Shown here piece after piece: positions 38,315-48,505 of a stretch of DNA of 64,000 bases (within the stretch, counting starts at the first letter, position 1; every line of letters starts with the position of its first letter). Made by a program: the position numbers and the translations under genes. The stretch lies in contig JAFUPX010000038.1 in NCBI GenBank assembly GCA_017472575.1, positions 991-64,990 on the forward strand, given 5' to 3'. The notes below the pieces were generated by a model. It saw only the letters and a list, made by a program, of their open reading frames with translations, was not told the origin of the DNA and made no database searches. The DNA comes from Clostridia bacterium (GTDB lineage: Bacteria > Bacillota > Clostridia > Oscillospirales > Acutalibacteraceae).

Positions 38315-40791
38315 TGGGTATTTTTTCAAAAAGACCTGACAGTGAAAATACTCCTCCTGACACTCTGGAGGAAAATATAGGCTTTGAAATAGGAAACAGT
38401 AATACGCATAAAACTGTTCCGAATCACGCTTTAACAGCGGATGAAATTACCGCTCCGAAGGTTGATTTTAAGCCTACTGCGGAGTCCTCACCCTTAGAGG
38501 CTCTTAAGAAAAAAATGATGCAGAATACTGCTAATGATACAGAAAATAAAGAGGAGAAGCCAAAGGAGAAAAGTCTGCTCGAAAAGTGTATGCCTTATAT
38601 TATTGATGAGGAGGGCAATAACGCGGCAGACGAGGAGCCTTCCTATACTCTTGACAGTGTTTCGGATATTTTAAAATCCGAAAACACAAAAACCATTGAA
38701 AAAATTGCAAGAAAATATGAAATAACCTTTGATGATTTAGGTAAATACTCCTCGATTATCGGCTCTGTGCCTGCAGAGCCTAAGGCGGAAGAAAAAGAGG
38801 AGATATTTACTCCTAAAGTAAGCGAAATACAAACAAGTCTTCCTGATATTTCGGATATAGACAATGCAGTTTTAAAAAAAGAGGAAGAAACAGCGGAGCC
38901 GGATATCGCAGAAACCGGAACTATCCGTTTTACTCCTGTTCATGAAGCTGATGATATTACAAGGATAAGTATAAGCTCGCAGACGCGCCCAATCGACCTT
39001 ACAGGTGAGCTTTCCCAGATACCTGAGCCTCATATTGACACACCGCAGGAAAACGAAATGCGCCTTGAAAGAACGGAATTTGAAGAATATACTCCCGAAA
39101 CGGAGTATACCTGTGCTGAGGATGGCAGACATCTTTTAAGAAAGCTTTCTATAAAAAAGAGAAACAGCTTTTTGAGACTTTCCGGAAGTATAATTTTAAC
39201 ACTGCTTACAGCACTGTTTTTAATACCGCCTTTGTCCGGTCTTGTTTTAAGTAATTTGAGCTTAAGTATGGCAATTTGCTCTGTGCTTATGCTTGGGATA
39301 ATACTTATGAACTGTGATGCTTTCAAATCCATTCATAAGCTTTTCAGCAGACATTCTTCCCCTGATTCAACGCTTTGCCTAGCAATTATAGCTGTTATAG
39401 CTTATACGGTTACCGGATTTATAAAACAGCGTTCAACCCTTGAAATTATGCTGCTTTGTGAGATACTGCTCTCTTTCAGGGCGATAGGGCAGTTTATGTA
39501 CCGCTCGCAAATGCTTTCAAACTTCAAGCAAATAATATCCTCTGCTCCTAAAAAAGCGATAAAGCTTATTGATGATACCGCGGTTACCTTTGCTATGGCT
39601 AAGGATGCAGTCTATGGGGATACCCTCATAGCGGCTCCCCAAAGAACCGAGTTTATCGGCGGTTTTATGAAGCATTCAACCTTCAGAACATTTTTAAGCG
39701 GAAAGTTAAGAACAATAAACGCTCTTGCGCTTTTCTTTGCAGTGGCTATTGCGCTTTTATCTCTTGCTTACTATACAAATCCGCTTTATGCTTGCTACAG
39801 TGCGGCGGTAGTATTATCCTTTGCCTGTGTTCCGTCTCTTTTCTTTATTGATTCTTTGCCCCTTTATTCGGCGGCAAAAAAGCTCAATAAAAAAGGTGCT
39901 ATGATAGCAGGAAAGGTGGGAGCGGAAAAAATAGAAATGGCAAATGCCATTGTTTTAGGCTCTGAGGATTTATTTCCCTCAGGAACGGTAACCCTGCACA
40001 ATATGAAAATCTTAAGTGAAAACAATGTTGATGATACGCTTGTCCGCGCGGCTTCTCTTACTCAGGCTATGGGCAGTCCTCTTCAAAATATTTTTAAGCG
40101 TATAGCGGGAACAGGGAATATTACAGATCTGCCCTCCTCGGATACGGTTAAGTATGAGGAGCGAATGGGAATTTCCGGCTGGGTAAATGATAAGCTGCTC
40201 TTTATCGGAAACAGAACGCTTATGGAGGCTCACGGCATAGCGGTTCCCAGCGTTGAGACTGACCGTAAAATTCTCCGCAAGGGATATTTTCCGGTTTATG
40301 TCGCTTCGGACGGTAAGGCTTGTGCGCTTTTAATGGTACAATATTCGGTTAATCCCGAGGTTGCCCATGAGCTTAGAAAGCTTACGGGGGCGGGAGTTAC
40401 AATTCTTGTAAACAATACCGACCCGAATTTAACCGAGGAAATGATTTGCGATTATCTCGGCCTTTATGACGATATGGTAAAGGTAATGTCGGTTGCCGGC
40501 TGTAATATGTATAAAAACACCGTAAGAACCGAAAAAGAGATAAGCGCTCCGGCAATGTATAAGGGAAATCCTACAGGATTTTCGAGTATTATAAACTGTG
40601 CGGGAAGAATAAAGAAGTCTAATGCTGTTTTAACAGTGCTTTATATTCTTTCTTGTGTTTTGGGTGTTGTTTTATTCGCCTATAAGGCGTTTGCAGGAGT
40701 AGGCTCGCTGTTAAGCGGAGGATTTATTCTGCTTTACTGTCTTGCCTCAACCGTTATTTCATTTATTCTCTACTTAGTAGAAAAACCATAG
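38314..40791 (+). CDS. Large membrane protein resembling a catalytically degenerate P1B-type ATPase, with ~290-aa acidic N-terminal extension
   Basis: 825 aa. After a low-complexity E/D/P/T-rich N-terminus, the TM and soluble segments are collinear with heavy-metal P-type ATPases. The catalytic motifs are replaced (see finding). TAATG overlap with the rlmB stop. Confidence 0.55.
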   Translation: MGIFSKRPDSENTPPDTLEENIGFEIGNSNTHKTVPNHALTADEITAPKVDFKPTAESSPLEALKKKMMQNTANDTENKEEKPKEKSLLEKCMPYIIDEEGNNAADEEPSYTLDSVSDILKSENTKTIEKIARKYEITFDDLGKYSSIIGSVPAEPKAEEKEEIFTPKVSEIQTSLPDISDIDNAVLKKEEETAEPDIAETGTIRFTPVHEADDITRISISSQTRPIDLTGELSQIPEPHIDTPQENEMRLERTEFEEYTPETEYTCAEDGRHLLRKLSIKKRNSFLRLSGSIILTLLTALFLIPPLSGLVLSNLSLSMAICSVLMLGIILMNCDAFKSIHKLFSRHSSPDSTLCLAIIAVIAYTVTGFIKQRSTLEIMLLCEILLSFRAIGQFMYRSQMLSNFKQIISSAPKKAIKLIDDTAVTFAMAKDAVYGDTLIAAPQRTEFIGGFMKHSTFRTFLSGKLRTINALALFFAVAIALLSLAYYTNPLYACYSAAVVLSFACVPSLFFIDSLPLYSAAKKLNKKGAMIAGKVGAEKIEMANAIVLGSEDLFPSGTVTLHNMKILSENNVDDTLVRAASLTQAMGSPLQNIFKRIAGTGNITDLPSSDTVKYEERMGISGWVNDKLLFIGNRTLMEAHGIAVPSVETDRKILRKGYFPVYVASDGKACALLMVQYSVNPEVAHELRKLTGAGVTILVNNTDPNLTEEMICDYLGLYDDMVKVMSVAGCNMYKNTVRTEKEISAPAMYKGNPTGFSSIINCAGRIKKSNAVLTVLYILSCVLGVVLFAYKAFAGVGSLLSGGFILLYCLASTVISFILYLVEKP

Positions 40792-40818
40792 CTGTAATTG
40801 CAGCGGAACGGAGTTATT

Positions 40819-42735
40819 ATGTGCGATAAAAAGAAATTTTATATTACAACAGCTATTGCTTATACCTCTCGAAAGCCTCATATCGGCAACGCTTACGATA
40901 TAGTTTTAGCCGATATGATTGCCAGATATAAGCGTATGCAGGGTTATGATGTTTATTTGATGACAGGTTCTGATGAGCACGGTCAGAAAATCGAGGAATA
41001 TGCCGCTGCAGCAGGTATTTCTCCCAAGGAGTATGTGGATAATGTATCCTCACAGATTAAGGATGTATGGAACAGCCTTAATACAAGCTATGATAAATTT
41101 ATCAGAACCACTGATGAAGACCATGAAAAGCAGGTTCAGAAGATATTTAACAAGCTTTATGAGCAGGGAGATATCTATAAGGGTCATTACGAGGGAAAAT
41201 ACTGCGTTCCCTGCGAATCATTCTTTACCGCTTCTCAGCTTGTGGACGGCAAATGCCCCGATTGCGGACGCGAGGTTATTGATTCCAAGGAAGAGGCTTA
41301 TTTCCTGAGACTCAGCAAATATCAGGATAGGCTGATAAAATACTATGAGGAAAATCCCGATTTTATAAAGCCGGAATCCCGAAAGAATGAAATGATAAAC
41401 AACTTCCTAAAGCCCGGACTTTCCGACCTTTGCGTATCCCGTTCTTCTTTTAAATGGGGTGTTCCTGTTGAGTTTGACGATAAGCACGTCATATATGTGT
41501 GGATTGATGCTCTTTCAAACTACATCACCGGAATAGGATATGATACCGAAAATCCCTCGGAGCGTTATAAAAAGCTCTGGCCGGCGGATTTGCACGTAAT
41601 AGGAAAGGATATAGTCCGTTTCCACACAATTTACTGGCCTATAATCCTTATGGCTCTCGGGGAGCCGTTACCCAAGCAGGTTTTAGGTCATCCGTGGGTG
41701 CTTGTAGGCGAGGATAAAATGTCCAAATCAAAGGGTAATGTTATTTATGCCGATGAGCTGGCTAAGCGTTTCGGTGTGGATGCGGTGCGTTATTATCTGC
41801 TTTCCGAAATTCCTTTCACTCAGGACGGTACTATAACCTATGAAACCTTTATAGCTAAGTTTAATTCAGACCTTGCAAATACTCTCGGCAACCTTGTAAA
41901 CCGCAGTATTGCTATGACAAATAAATACTTCGGCGGCAAGGTAAGCGCAGGAAAGAGTGACGGTGAATTTGACCTTGACCTTATAAATACGGTTAAGGAG
42001 ACAACTGAAAAATATTATTCTCTTATGGATGCTTATCATAATGCGGATGCTTGCGAAGCGGTTTTAAATCTTGCAAAGCGCTGTAATAAATATATAGACG
42101 AAACCGCTCCGTGGGTGCTTGCTAAGGATGAAAGCAGTAAGGAAAGGCTTGAGGCTGTTCTTTACAATCTGCTTGAATGTATCCGTATTCTCGGAATACT
42201 CCTTACCCCTATAATACCCGACAGCGCCGCAAGCATAAAAAATCAGCTTAACTGTAATAATGAAACTGTTGCCTTTGGTGAGGTAAAGGAATATTCCGTA
42301 GGAGAAGCTACACCGCTTTTTGCGCGCATTGATGCGGAAAAAACTCTTAAGGAATTAGCCGAAGAAGCCGAGAAGGCAAAAGCGGAAAGTAAAGAAAATG
42401 TTACAACCCTTGCCGAAATTTCTATTGATGATTTTGCAAAGGTTGAGCTTAAAGCGGCTAAAATAATAGCCTGTGAGCCTGTTCCAAAGGCTAAAAAGCT
42501 ACTGAAGCTTACTGTAAATGACGGTGAGAAGCAGAGAACCGTTGTTTCGGGAATTGCAAAATGGTATACTCCCGAACAGCTTATAGGACATACAGTAGTT
42601 CTCCTTTCAAATTTAAAGCCTGCTAAGCTTTGCGGAGTTGAATCGCAAGGAATGATTTTAGCGGCGGATTGCAGTGAGGACGACGTTAAGGTTCTGTTTA
42701 TTGATGATGTTCCAGCCGGAAGTAAGATAAGATAA
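40819..42735 (+). CDS. metG: Methionine--tRNA ligase with C-terminal tRNA-binding (Trbp111/EMAPII-like) domain
   Basis: It has HIGN (PHIGNAYD), the Zn knuckle CVPCESF..CPDCG, KMSKS and the C-terminal LKAAKIIACEPVPKAKKLLKLTV. The ATG at 40819 is preferred over the ORF-track start at 40798. Confidence 0.93.
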   Translation: MCDKKKFYITTAIAYTSRKPHIGNAYDIVLADMIARYKRMQGYDVYLMTGSDEHGQKIEEYAAAAGISPKEYVDNVSSQIKDVWNSLNTSYDKFIRTTDEDHEKQVQKIFNKLYEQGDIYKGHYEGKYCVPCESFFTASQLVDGKCPDCGREVIDSKEEAYFLRLSKYQDRLIKYYEENPDFIKPESRKNEMINNFLKPGLSDLCVSRSSFKWGVPVEFDDKHVIYVWIDALSNYITGIGYDTENPSERYKKLWPADLHVIGKDIVRFHTIYWPIILMALGEPLPKQVLGHPWVLVGEDKMSKSKGNVIYADELAKRFGVDAVRYYLLSEIPFTQDGTITYETFIAKFNSDLANTLGNLVNRSIAMTNKYFGGKVSAGKSDGEFDLDLINTVKETTEKYYSLMDAYHNADACEAVLNLAKRCNKYIDETAPWVLAKDESSKERLEAVLYNLLECIRILGILLTPIIPDSAASIKNQLNCNNETVAFGEVKEYSVGEATPLFARIDAEKTLKELAEEAEKAKAESKENVTTLAEISIDDFAKVELKAAKIIACEPVPKAKKLLKLTVNDGEKQRTVVSGIAKWYTPEQLIGHTVVLLSNLKPAKLCGVESQGMILAADCSEDDVKVLFIDDVPAGSKIR

Positions 42736-42737
42736 TT

Positions 42738-43526
42738 ATGGAAGAAATTGTTTACCGTCCGCCTGAGGGCTGTACTTCCATTTTTGATACTCATGCGCAT
42801 TATAATGATGAGCGTTTTGCAGGGCTTACTGATGAAATTCTCGGCAATATGGCAGAATATGGGCTTGCAGGTGTTATAACCTGCGGATGCGACGCGCGCT
42901 CCTGTGAAGAAAGCATTGCCTTAGCCGAAAAATATGAAAATGTATATTTTGCCGCCGGAATACACCCCGAAAACCTTGACAGTAATACCTCAGTAGAAGA
43001 AATCGCCGAATATGCCAAGCATAAAAAATGTGTTGCGATAGGTGAAATAGGGCTTGATTATCACTGGTGCGATACTAATAAAGCAGAGCAGAAAAATGTT
43101 TTTGAAGAGCAGATTTTGCTTGCCAAAAAACTCGATTTGCCGATTATTGTCCACGATAGGGAAGCCCATGCCGATATTCTTGAAATCCTTAAAAAGCATA
43201 AGCCTAAGGGTGTGGTTCACTGCTTTTCGGGCAGTGAGGAGTCCGCGGCAGAAATACTTAAAATAGGAATGTATATAGGAATAGGCGGTGTTGTGACCTT
43301 TAAAAACGCTAAAAGGCTGCCCGAGGTTGTTAAAATGCTGCCGAAGGATAAGCTTTTGCTTGAAACCGACTGCCCGTACTTAGCTCCCGAGCCTTTTAGG
43401 GGAAAGCTTTGCTATTCGGGAATGATTTATTTGACAGCCGAAAAAATTGCAGAGCTTCGCGGAACAGATGCGGCAAGCATTCTAAAGCAAAATTTTTTAA
43501 ACACAAAATCTCTTTTTAACTTATAA
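42738..43526 (+). CDS. tatD: TatD-family metal-dependent hydrolase (YabD-like)
   Basis: 262 aa with IFDTHAHY, AIGEIGLDYHW, VHDREAH, VHCFSG and ETDCPYLAP. Confidence 0.9.
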   Translation: MEEIVYRPPEGCTSIFDTHAHYNDERFAGLTDEILGNMAEYGLAGVITCGCDARSCEESIALAEKYENVYFAAGIHPENLDSNTSVEEIAEYAKHKKCVAIGEIGLDYHWCDTNKAEQKNVFEEQILLAKKLDLPIIVHDREAHADILEILKKHKPKGVVHCFSGSEESAAEILKIGMYIGIGGVVTFKNAKRLPEVVKMLPKDKLLLETDCPYLAPEPFRGKLCYSGMIYLTAEKIAELRGTDAASILKQNFLNTKSLFNL

Positions 43527-43584
43527 AAAGTATATTTTCCCGATTTTTACAGATAATAGCATGTAGAAAGCGGGGTGATTTTTA

Positions 43585-43692
43585 ATGGAAAACAATAAAA
43601 ACAAAAATCAGAACCAGAATCAGAATAAAAACGAACAGAATAAGAACGAAAATAAAAACGAAAAGATTTTTGAAGATAAGAATCAGGACTAA
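43585..43692 (+). CDS. 35-aa Asn/Lys/Gln/Glu-rich micro-protein (hypothetical)
   Basis: MENNKNKNQNQNQNKNEQNKNENKNEKIFEDKNQD. GGGGTGA SD lies 6 nt upstream of the ATG, and a strong terminator follows directly. It is below the ORF-track length cutoff. Confidence 0.45.
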   Translation: MENNKNKNQNQNQNKNEQNKNENKNEKIFEDKNQD

Positions 43693-43695
43693 TTT

Positions 43696-43731
43696 AAAAA
43701 ACTGCTCCGCAAAAGCGGAGCAGTTTTTTTA
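43696..43731. terminator. Bidirectional terminator (metG-tatD unit and convergent alr-glpK-hydrolase unit)
   Basis: AAAAA-ACTGCTCCGC - AAAA - GCGGAGCAGT-TTTTTTT. Confidence 0.88.
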
Positions 43732-43743
43732 TAATACTCTAAA

Positions 43744-44664
43744 CTATTTCTCTAAGAATTCAAATATATCCTCGGTTACCTGAGCTTTGCAGGTGTCATT
43801 TAAAATTTCGTGGCGGCAGTTTTCGTATAGCTTGATAGAAACATTCTTTACACCGCTGTTTTTTAGCTTTTTATAAACTTCATTTACACCCTTGCCGTAA
43901 TTTCCTACGGGGTCGTCACTGCCTGATATAAGCAATATAGGAAGATTTTTCCGTATATTTTCAAACCAGCCTTTAACATTTGCTTTTTTCTGCAGCAGAA
44001 CAAGGTCTTTCATAGCCGAAACGGTAAATTTAAAGGTGCAAAATTTATCTGCTGAGTATTTCTTTATAATTTCCGTGTCCTTGGTAAGCCAGTTATATTT
44101 TGAAGATTTATCAAACCTTTTGTTATATGCTCCAAAAGCAATTTTATCAACCAATACGGAGATATATTTTTCGCCTTTTAATACTTTAATTATGTTAATG
44201 ATGAGAATTCCTAAATCTGAGGCGGGGTTTGGTCCTCCTGTGCCGCAAATTATCAGCTTCTTATATGTATTACCGTACTTTAAAGCGGCAACACGCACAA
44301 TAAATGAACCCATTGAATGACCAAAAATATAAAGCGGCTTATCGGGATAAAGCTTTTGCATATACTGCTGAAAATAAAAAGTATCGTCAACCAAATACTG
44401 CCAGCCGTTTTTATGGGCGATAAAGCCAAGCTCACTGTCATTATCTGCGGTTTTTCCATGCCCTAAATTATCGTAGCCAAAGCATACATAGCCTCGCTCA
44501 GCCGCGGCGGACATCAGCGGTTCGTAACGCCCGATATGCTCTGTCATACCGTGGACGATATGAAAAAGACCCTTTACTTCGCCGCTTGGTATATAGGCAA
44601 TACCTGCGAGAGTATGCTTACCGTCACTGCTTTTAATATTTATTTTTTTAGCTGTACAGTTCAT
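43744..44664 (-). CDS. Alpha/beta hydrolase (lysophospholipase/monoacylglycerol-lipase-like)
   Basis: It has the nucleophile elbow GHSMGS, HGMTEH and the C-terminal CRHE. The ATG at 44664 forms an ATGA overlap with the glpK stop and is preferred over 44685. Confidence 0.8.
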   Translation of the reverse strand: MNCTAKKINIKSSDGKHTLAGIAYIPSGEVKGLFHIVHGMTEHIGRYEPLMSAAAERGYVCFGYDNLGHGKTADNDSELGFIAHKNGWQYLVDDTFYFQQYMQKLYPDKPLYIFGHSMGSFIVRVAALKYGNTYKKLIICGTGGPNPASDLGILIINIIKVLKGEKYISVLVDKIAFGAYNKRFDKSSKYNWLTKDTEIIKKYSADKFCTFKFTVSAMKDLVLLQKKANVKGWFENIRKNLPILLISGSDDPVGNYGKGVNEVYKKLKNSGVKNVSIKLYENCRHEILNDTCKAQVTEDIFEFLEK

Positions 44665-46157
44665 ATCATATCTTCTGAAAAGCATTTAGCACTTTTAACT
44701 GCTGCTTTCCAGCCTTTCTTAAGACTTGTTCGCTTTTCTTCATCAATTTTGGGAGAAAATTTATTTTGAGCAAACGCAAGAGCCTTTAACTCGTCCTTAT
44801 CTTTCCAAAATCCTACTGCCAGTCCTGCTAAAAAAGCGGCTCCTAAAGCGGTAGCTTCTCCGCTTTCGGGACAGAGTACATCAATATCTGAAATATCCGA
44901 CTGAAACTGCATAAGAAATTTATTTGCGGCGGCGCCGCCGTCAGCCTTGATAAAGCCAATTTCCGCTTGGCTGTCAGCCTTCATAGCTGAAATAAGGTCG
45001 TCTGTCTGATATGCTATCGACTCCAAAGCCGCCCTTACTATATGGTTTTTGTTACTGCCGCGGGTAAGTCCGCAAATAGTTCCTCTTGCATACATATCCC
45101 AGTAGGGCGCTCCCAGTCCTGCAAAGGCAGGAACAATATAAACTCCGCCGCTGTCCTTAACCTTTAGAGCCGCGCTCTCACTTTCCTTTGAGGTTTTGAT
45201 AAGCCCCAGTTCATCTCTGAGCCACTGAACTACTGCTCCGCCTACGAAAACACTGCCCTCAAGAGCGTAGCAAATTCCTTCCTCGGGAGCAGAAGCGGCA
45301 ATTGTAGTTAAAAGTCCGTTTTTACTCTCTACTGCTCTCTTTCCGGTGTTCATAAGCAGAAAACAGCCTGTGCCGTAGGTGTTTTTAATATTGCCCTCAT
45401 TAAAACAGCACTGTCCGAACAGAGCCGCTTGCTGATCTCCGGCAATTCCCGAAACAGGTATGCTTTCTCCGAGAATGTTGACATTACCGTAAACACAGCT
45501 GCTTTTCTTTACCTCAGGGAGCATACTTTCAGGTATACCGAGAATGCTTAGCAATTTTTTATCCCAGCAAAGGTTATGAATATCAAAAAGCATAGTGCGC
45601 GAGGCATTTGTATAATCGGTTATGTGTATTTTACCGCCCGATAGCTTCCAAATAAGCCAAGTATCAACTGTTCCGAAAAGCAGCTTGCCGTTTTCGGCTT
45701 TCTCTCTCACTTCGGGTACATTATCAAGTATCCATTTAATTTTTGTAGCGCTGAAATAAGCGTCTATTTTAAGACCTGTGGTTTTTAAGATATATTCTTC
45801 CAATCCGTCTTTTTTTAAGGCTTCGCAAATATCCGCTGTGCGGCGGCATTGCCAGACAATAGCGTTGTATACAGGCTTTCCGGTATCCTTATCCCAAACA
45901 ATTGTGGTTTCTCTTTGATTGGTTATACCTACAGCCGCTATCTGCGAGGGTGAGAGACCTACCTTTGTTATTACCTCTGTTAAGGCGGCATACTGAACCG
46001 AATAAATTTCAAGCGGATCATGCTCAACAAATCCGCTTTGCGGATAAATTTGAGTAAATTCATGCTGAACAGATGCTATTGCTTTAGCATTCTTATCAAA
46101 TATTATCGCTCTTGCGCTGGTTGTGCCTTCATCAAGGGAAAGAATATACTTTTCCAT
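44661..46157 (-). CDS. glpK: Glycerol kinase
   Basis: 498 aa. It begins [17 protein letters not shown] and has [13 protein letters not shown] and the FGGY C-terminal motifs. Confidence 0.95.
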   Translation of the reverse strand: MEKYILSLDEGTTSARAIIFDKNAKAIASVQHEFTQIYPQSGFVEHDPLEIYSVQYAALTEVITKVGLSPSQIAAVGITNQRETTIVWDKDTGKPVYNAIVWQCRRTADICEALKKDGLEEYILKTTGLKIDAYFSATKIKWILDNVPEVREKAENGKLLFGTVDTWLIWKLSGGKIHITDYTNASRTMLFDIHNLCWDKKLLSILGIPESMLPEVKKSSCVYGNVNILGESIPVSGIAGDQQAALFGQCCFNEGNIKNTYGTGCFLLMNTGKRAVESKNGLLTTIAASAPEEGICYALEGSVFVGGAVVQWLRDELGLIKTSKESESAALKVKDSGGVYIVPAFAGLGAPYWDMYARGTICGLTRGSNKNHIVRAALESIAYQTDDLISAMKADSQAEIGFIKADGGAAANKFLMQFQSDISDIDVLCPESGEATALGAAFLAGLAVGFWKDKDELKALAFAQNKFSPKIDEEKRTSLKKGWKAAVKSAKCFSEDMI

Positions 46158-46177
46158 AGCTTTAGCTGCCTTTCGGA

Positions 46178-47302
46178 TTATTTTGTTATTCTCGGAACTC
46201 TCGGGGAAATACCGCAGACTATCTCATAATTTATTGTGCCACAGATATTGGCTAATTCTTCTACAGGTAAATCCTTGCCGAAAAGTATAACCTCATCGCC
46301 TTGGCTAACTTGCGGAATGTGACTTACATCAACCGATAACTGGTCCATACAGATTCTGCCGATAATAGGTGCTTTTTTACCCTTGATAATAACATAGCCC
46401 TTATTTGAAAGAGCTCTGGGGTAGCCGTCCGCATAGCCGGCAGTTATAGTTGCTATGCGCATTTTTCTGTCCGCCTTAAAGGTTCTGCCGTAGTTTACGG
46501 TATCACCCTTTTTTATATCCTTAACCATTGAAACAACGCTTTTAAGGGTCATAACAGGGATGAAATCCTCTTTAAGAGTAAGCGAAGCAGAGGGGGTGAG
46601 CCCGTAAAGAATAATTCCAGGACGGCATATATCCATATGCTTGTCATTATCAAGGCAGAAAGCCGCCGAGTTACAGCAATGCGTAAATTTAGGCTTTAGC
46701 CCTGCCTTTTCAAATCGGCTTACAGCCGTACTGAATCGGTTGTACTGGATGTCGGTAAAGCCGTCCTCCTCGTCAGGGGTACGGTCAGAAACAGAGAAGT
46801 GAGTAAAAATTCCTTCAAAAACAAAACCGGGTAAGCGAGCGGCGGAAATTGCGTCTTCAATTCCGTTTAAATCCTCGTCTCGGCAGTCAAACCCGATTCT
46901 TCCCATACCTGTATCAAGCTTAATATGTATTTTTATTTTCAGGTTTTCCTTAACAGCGGCTTTAGATAAATCTCTTGCGTATTCAGGGGAGAAAACAGCC
47001 TGAATGATATCGTTAAAGAAAAGCTGGGATGCCATACTTACAGGTGTATAGCCTAAAATAAGTATAGGCTTTGTAATTCCGCAACCGCGAAGAGTTATTG
47101 CCTCTTCTATATTTGAAACGGCAAAATAATCCGCACCGTTTTCCTGTAGCACAGGGGCTGCAAATCTTGCGGAGTGGCCATATGCGTCCGCCTTGACTAC
47201 CGCCATTATTTTAGAATTGCCGGCTTCCTTTTTTATGATGTTAAAATTATGTATAAGAGCGGAAGTGTCAATCTCCGCCCATGTTCTGTGTAAAAAATTC
47301 AT
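46178..47302 (-). CDS. alr: Alanine racemase
   Basis: 374 aa with the PLP-Lys motif [11 protein letters not shown], plus [11 protein letters not shown] and RICMDQ. Confidence 0.93.
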   Translation of the reverse strand: MNFLHRTWAEIDTSALIHNFNIIKKEAGNSKIMAVVKADAYGHSARFAAPVLQENGADYFAVSNIEEAITLRGCGITKPILILGYTPVSMASQLFFNDIIQAVFSPEYARDLSKAAVKENLKIKIHIKLDTGMGRIGFDCRDEDLNGIEDAISAARLPGFVFEGIFTHFSVSDRTPDEEDGFTDIQYNRFSTAVSRFEKAGLKPKFTHCCNSAAFCLDNDKHMDICRPGIILYGLTPSASLTLKEDFIPVMTLKSVVSMVKDIKKGDTVNYGRTFKADRKMRIATITAGYADGYPRALSNKGYVIIKGKKAPIIGRICMDQLSVDVSHIPQVSQGDEVILFGKDLPVEELANICGTINYEIVCGISPRVPRITK

Positions 47303-47331
47303 TGATATACACCTCTTATATCTATTTTACA

Positions 47332-47720
47332 TCATTTTACCGCACTTTTCAATCGCTTATTAATTTTCCCTGCAAAGGGAACGAAAATAAAGCTCAAAAT
47401 CAGCCAGAAAAAGGAATAAAGCGCGCATATCTGTCCGCCTAAGTTAAGGGGCATTTTGCTGTAATCCCACACATTTTTTTTGAGAAATACATTGAAAATC
47501 AAACCGAAAACAAGCTCTACCGCAGTTACAGCAATACTGCCAGCAAACGCCTTTGCAAGTTTGCCTGCTTTTTTCATTTTTTCCGAAATATAGCTGAATA
47601 TATTAAAGCATACTCCGCCTGCGCACAGCATAGACCAATGTGTGTGTCCTCTCCACAAAACCTCTATGAGTCCATATCCGCAGGAGCCTATTAAAAACAT
47701 AATAAATTTACAGTTTTTCA
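47332..47720 (-). CDS. Small integral membrane protein (CmpB/DUF1113-like)
   Basis: It has about 4 TM. YGLIEVLWRG and VWDYSKMPLNLGGQICALYSFFW resemble the putative ABC-transporter type IV (CmpB) family. The ATG at 47720 has GGTGA 5 nt upstream, and GTG at 47730 is an alternative. Confidence 0.45.
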
Positions 47721-47726
47721 TTTTTA

Positions 47727-47746
47727 TCACCGATAATATTATCGGT
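47727..47746. repeat. 20-bp perfect palindrome overlapping the SD of the membrane-protein gene
   Basis: CACCGATAAT/ATTATCGGTG. Confidence 0.9.
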
Positions 47747-47771
47747 GAAATTTAAAAATACTATACAAGGT

Positions 47772-47803
47772 AAAAAAAGATAGATTTCGCTGGAAATCTA
47801 TCT
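47772..47803 (-). terminator. Terminator of the YugP-like peptidase gene (stem overlaps its stop codon)
   Basis: Minus strand AGATAGATTTC - CAGC - GAAATCTATCT followed by TTTTTTT. Confidence 0.75.
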
Positions 47804-48493
47804 TCGTCTGTTTGATATTGCGAGTAATCTTATAAGTTGAGTTAAAGATACAAGCAGAGCGGCAACATAGGTCATAGCCGCGGCTGAAAGTACCTTTTTA
47901 GCGCCTTTTATTTGTTTTTCATCGGTTAAAATAAAGTTTGCGGATATTGAATTTAATGCCCGTCTTGAAGCGTTGAATTCAACAGGTAAGGTTATAAGCT
48001 GGAAAAACAAAGCGGCACAGAAAAATATAACACCTAATTTTATAAGAAAATAAAAATTGAATATAAGCCCGATAATAAAAAGCGGCATTGCAAGCTGAGA
48101 ACCTAACTGAGATACAGGCAAAATAAAGCTTCGCAATTTTATCGCGCCGTAGCCCTTTGCATACTGTACTGCGTGACCTGCCTCATGTGCGGCAACGCCT
48201 ACGGCGGCAATGCTTGCGGTATCAAATACCGATTCGGATAATCTTATAACATTGGTTTTGGGGTCGTAATGGTCGGTAAGGTTGCCTGAAACCCGTTCTA
48301 TTTTAACTCCCGTAACACCGTTTGCATCGAGTACGCGCCTTGCGGCTTCGGCACCTGTGGTATTACAGCGGAACTGAGAATATTTTGAAAAGGTTGTCTT
48401 AACCCTTATCTGCGACCATATCGCAATGATAAGCGCAGGTAATACAAGATAGACATAAAGTGAATCTATACCGTAATAATAGAAGCTGTTCAT
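47798..48493 (-). CDS. Membrane zinc metallopeptidase (YugP/Zn_peptidase_2 family)
   Basis: 231 aa with the HExxH motif AHEAGHAVQ flanked by TM helices. Confidence 0.8.
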   Translation of the reverse strand: MNSFYYYGIDSLYVYLVLPALIIAIWSQIRVKTTFSKYSQFRCNTTGAEAARRVLDANGVTGVKIERVSGNLTDHYDPKTNVIRLSESVFDTASIAAVGVAAHEAGHAVQYAKGYGAIKLRSFILPVSQLGSQLAMPLFIIGLIFNFYFLIKLGVIFFCAALFFQLITLPVEFNASRRALNSISANFILTDEKQIKGAKKVLSAAAMTYVAALLVSLTQLIRLLAISNRRR

Positions 48494-48505
48494 TTGTTTT
48501 TTTCC

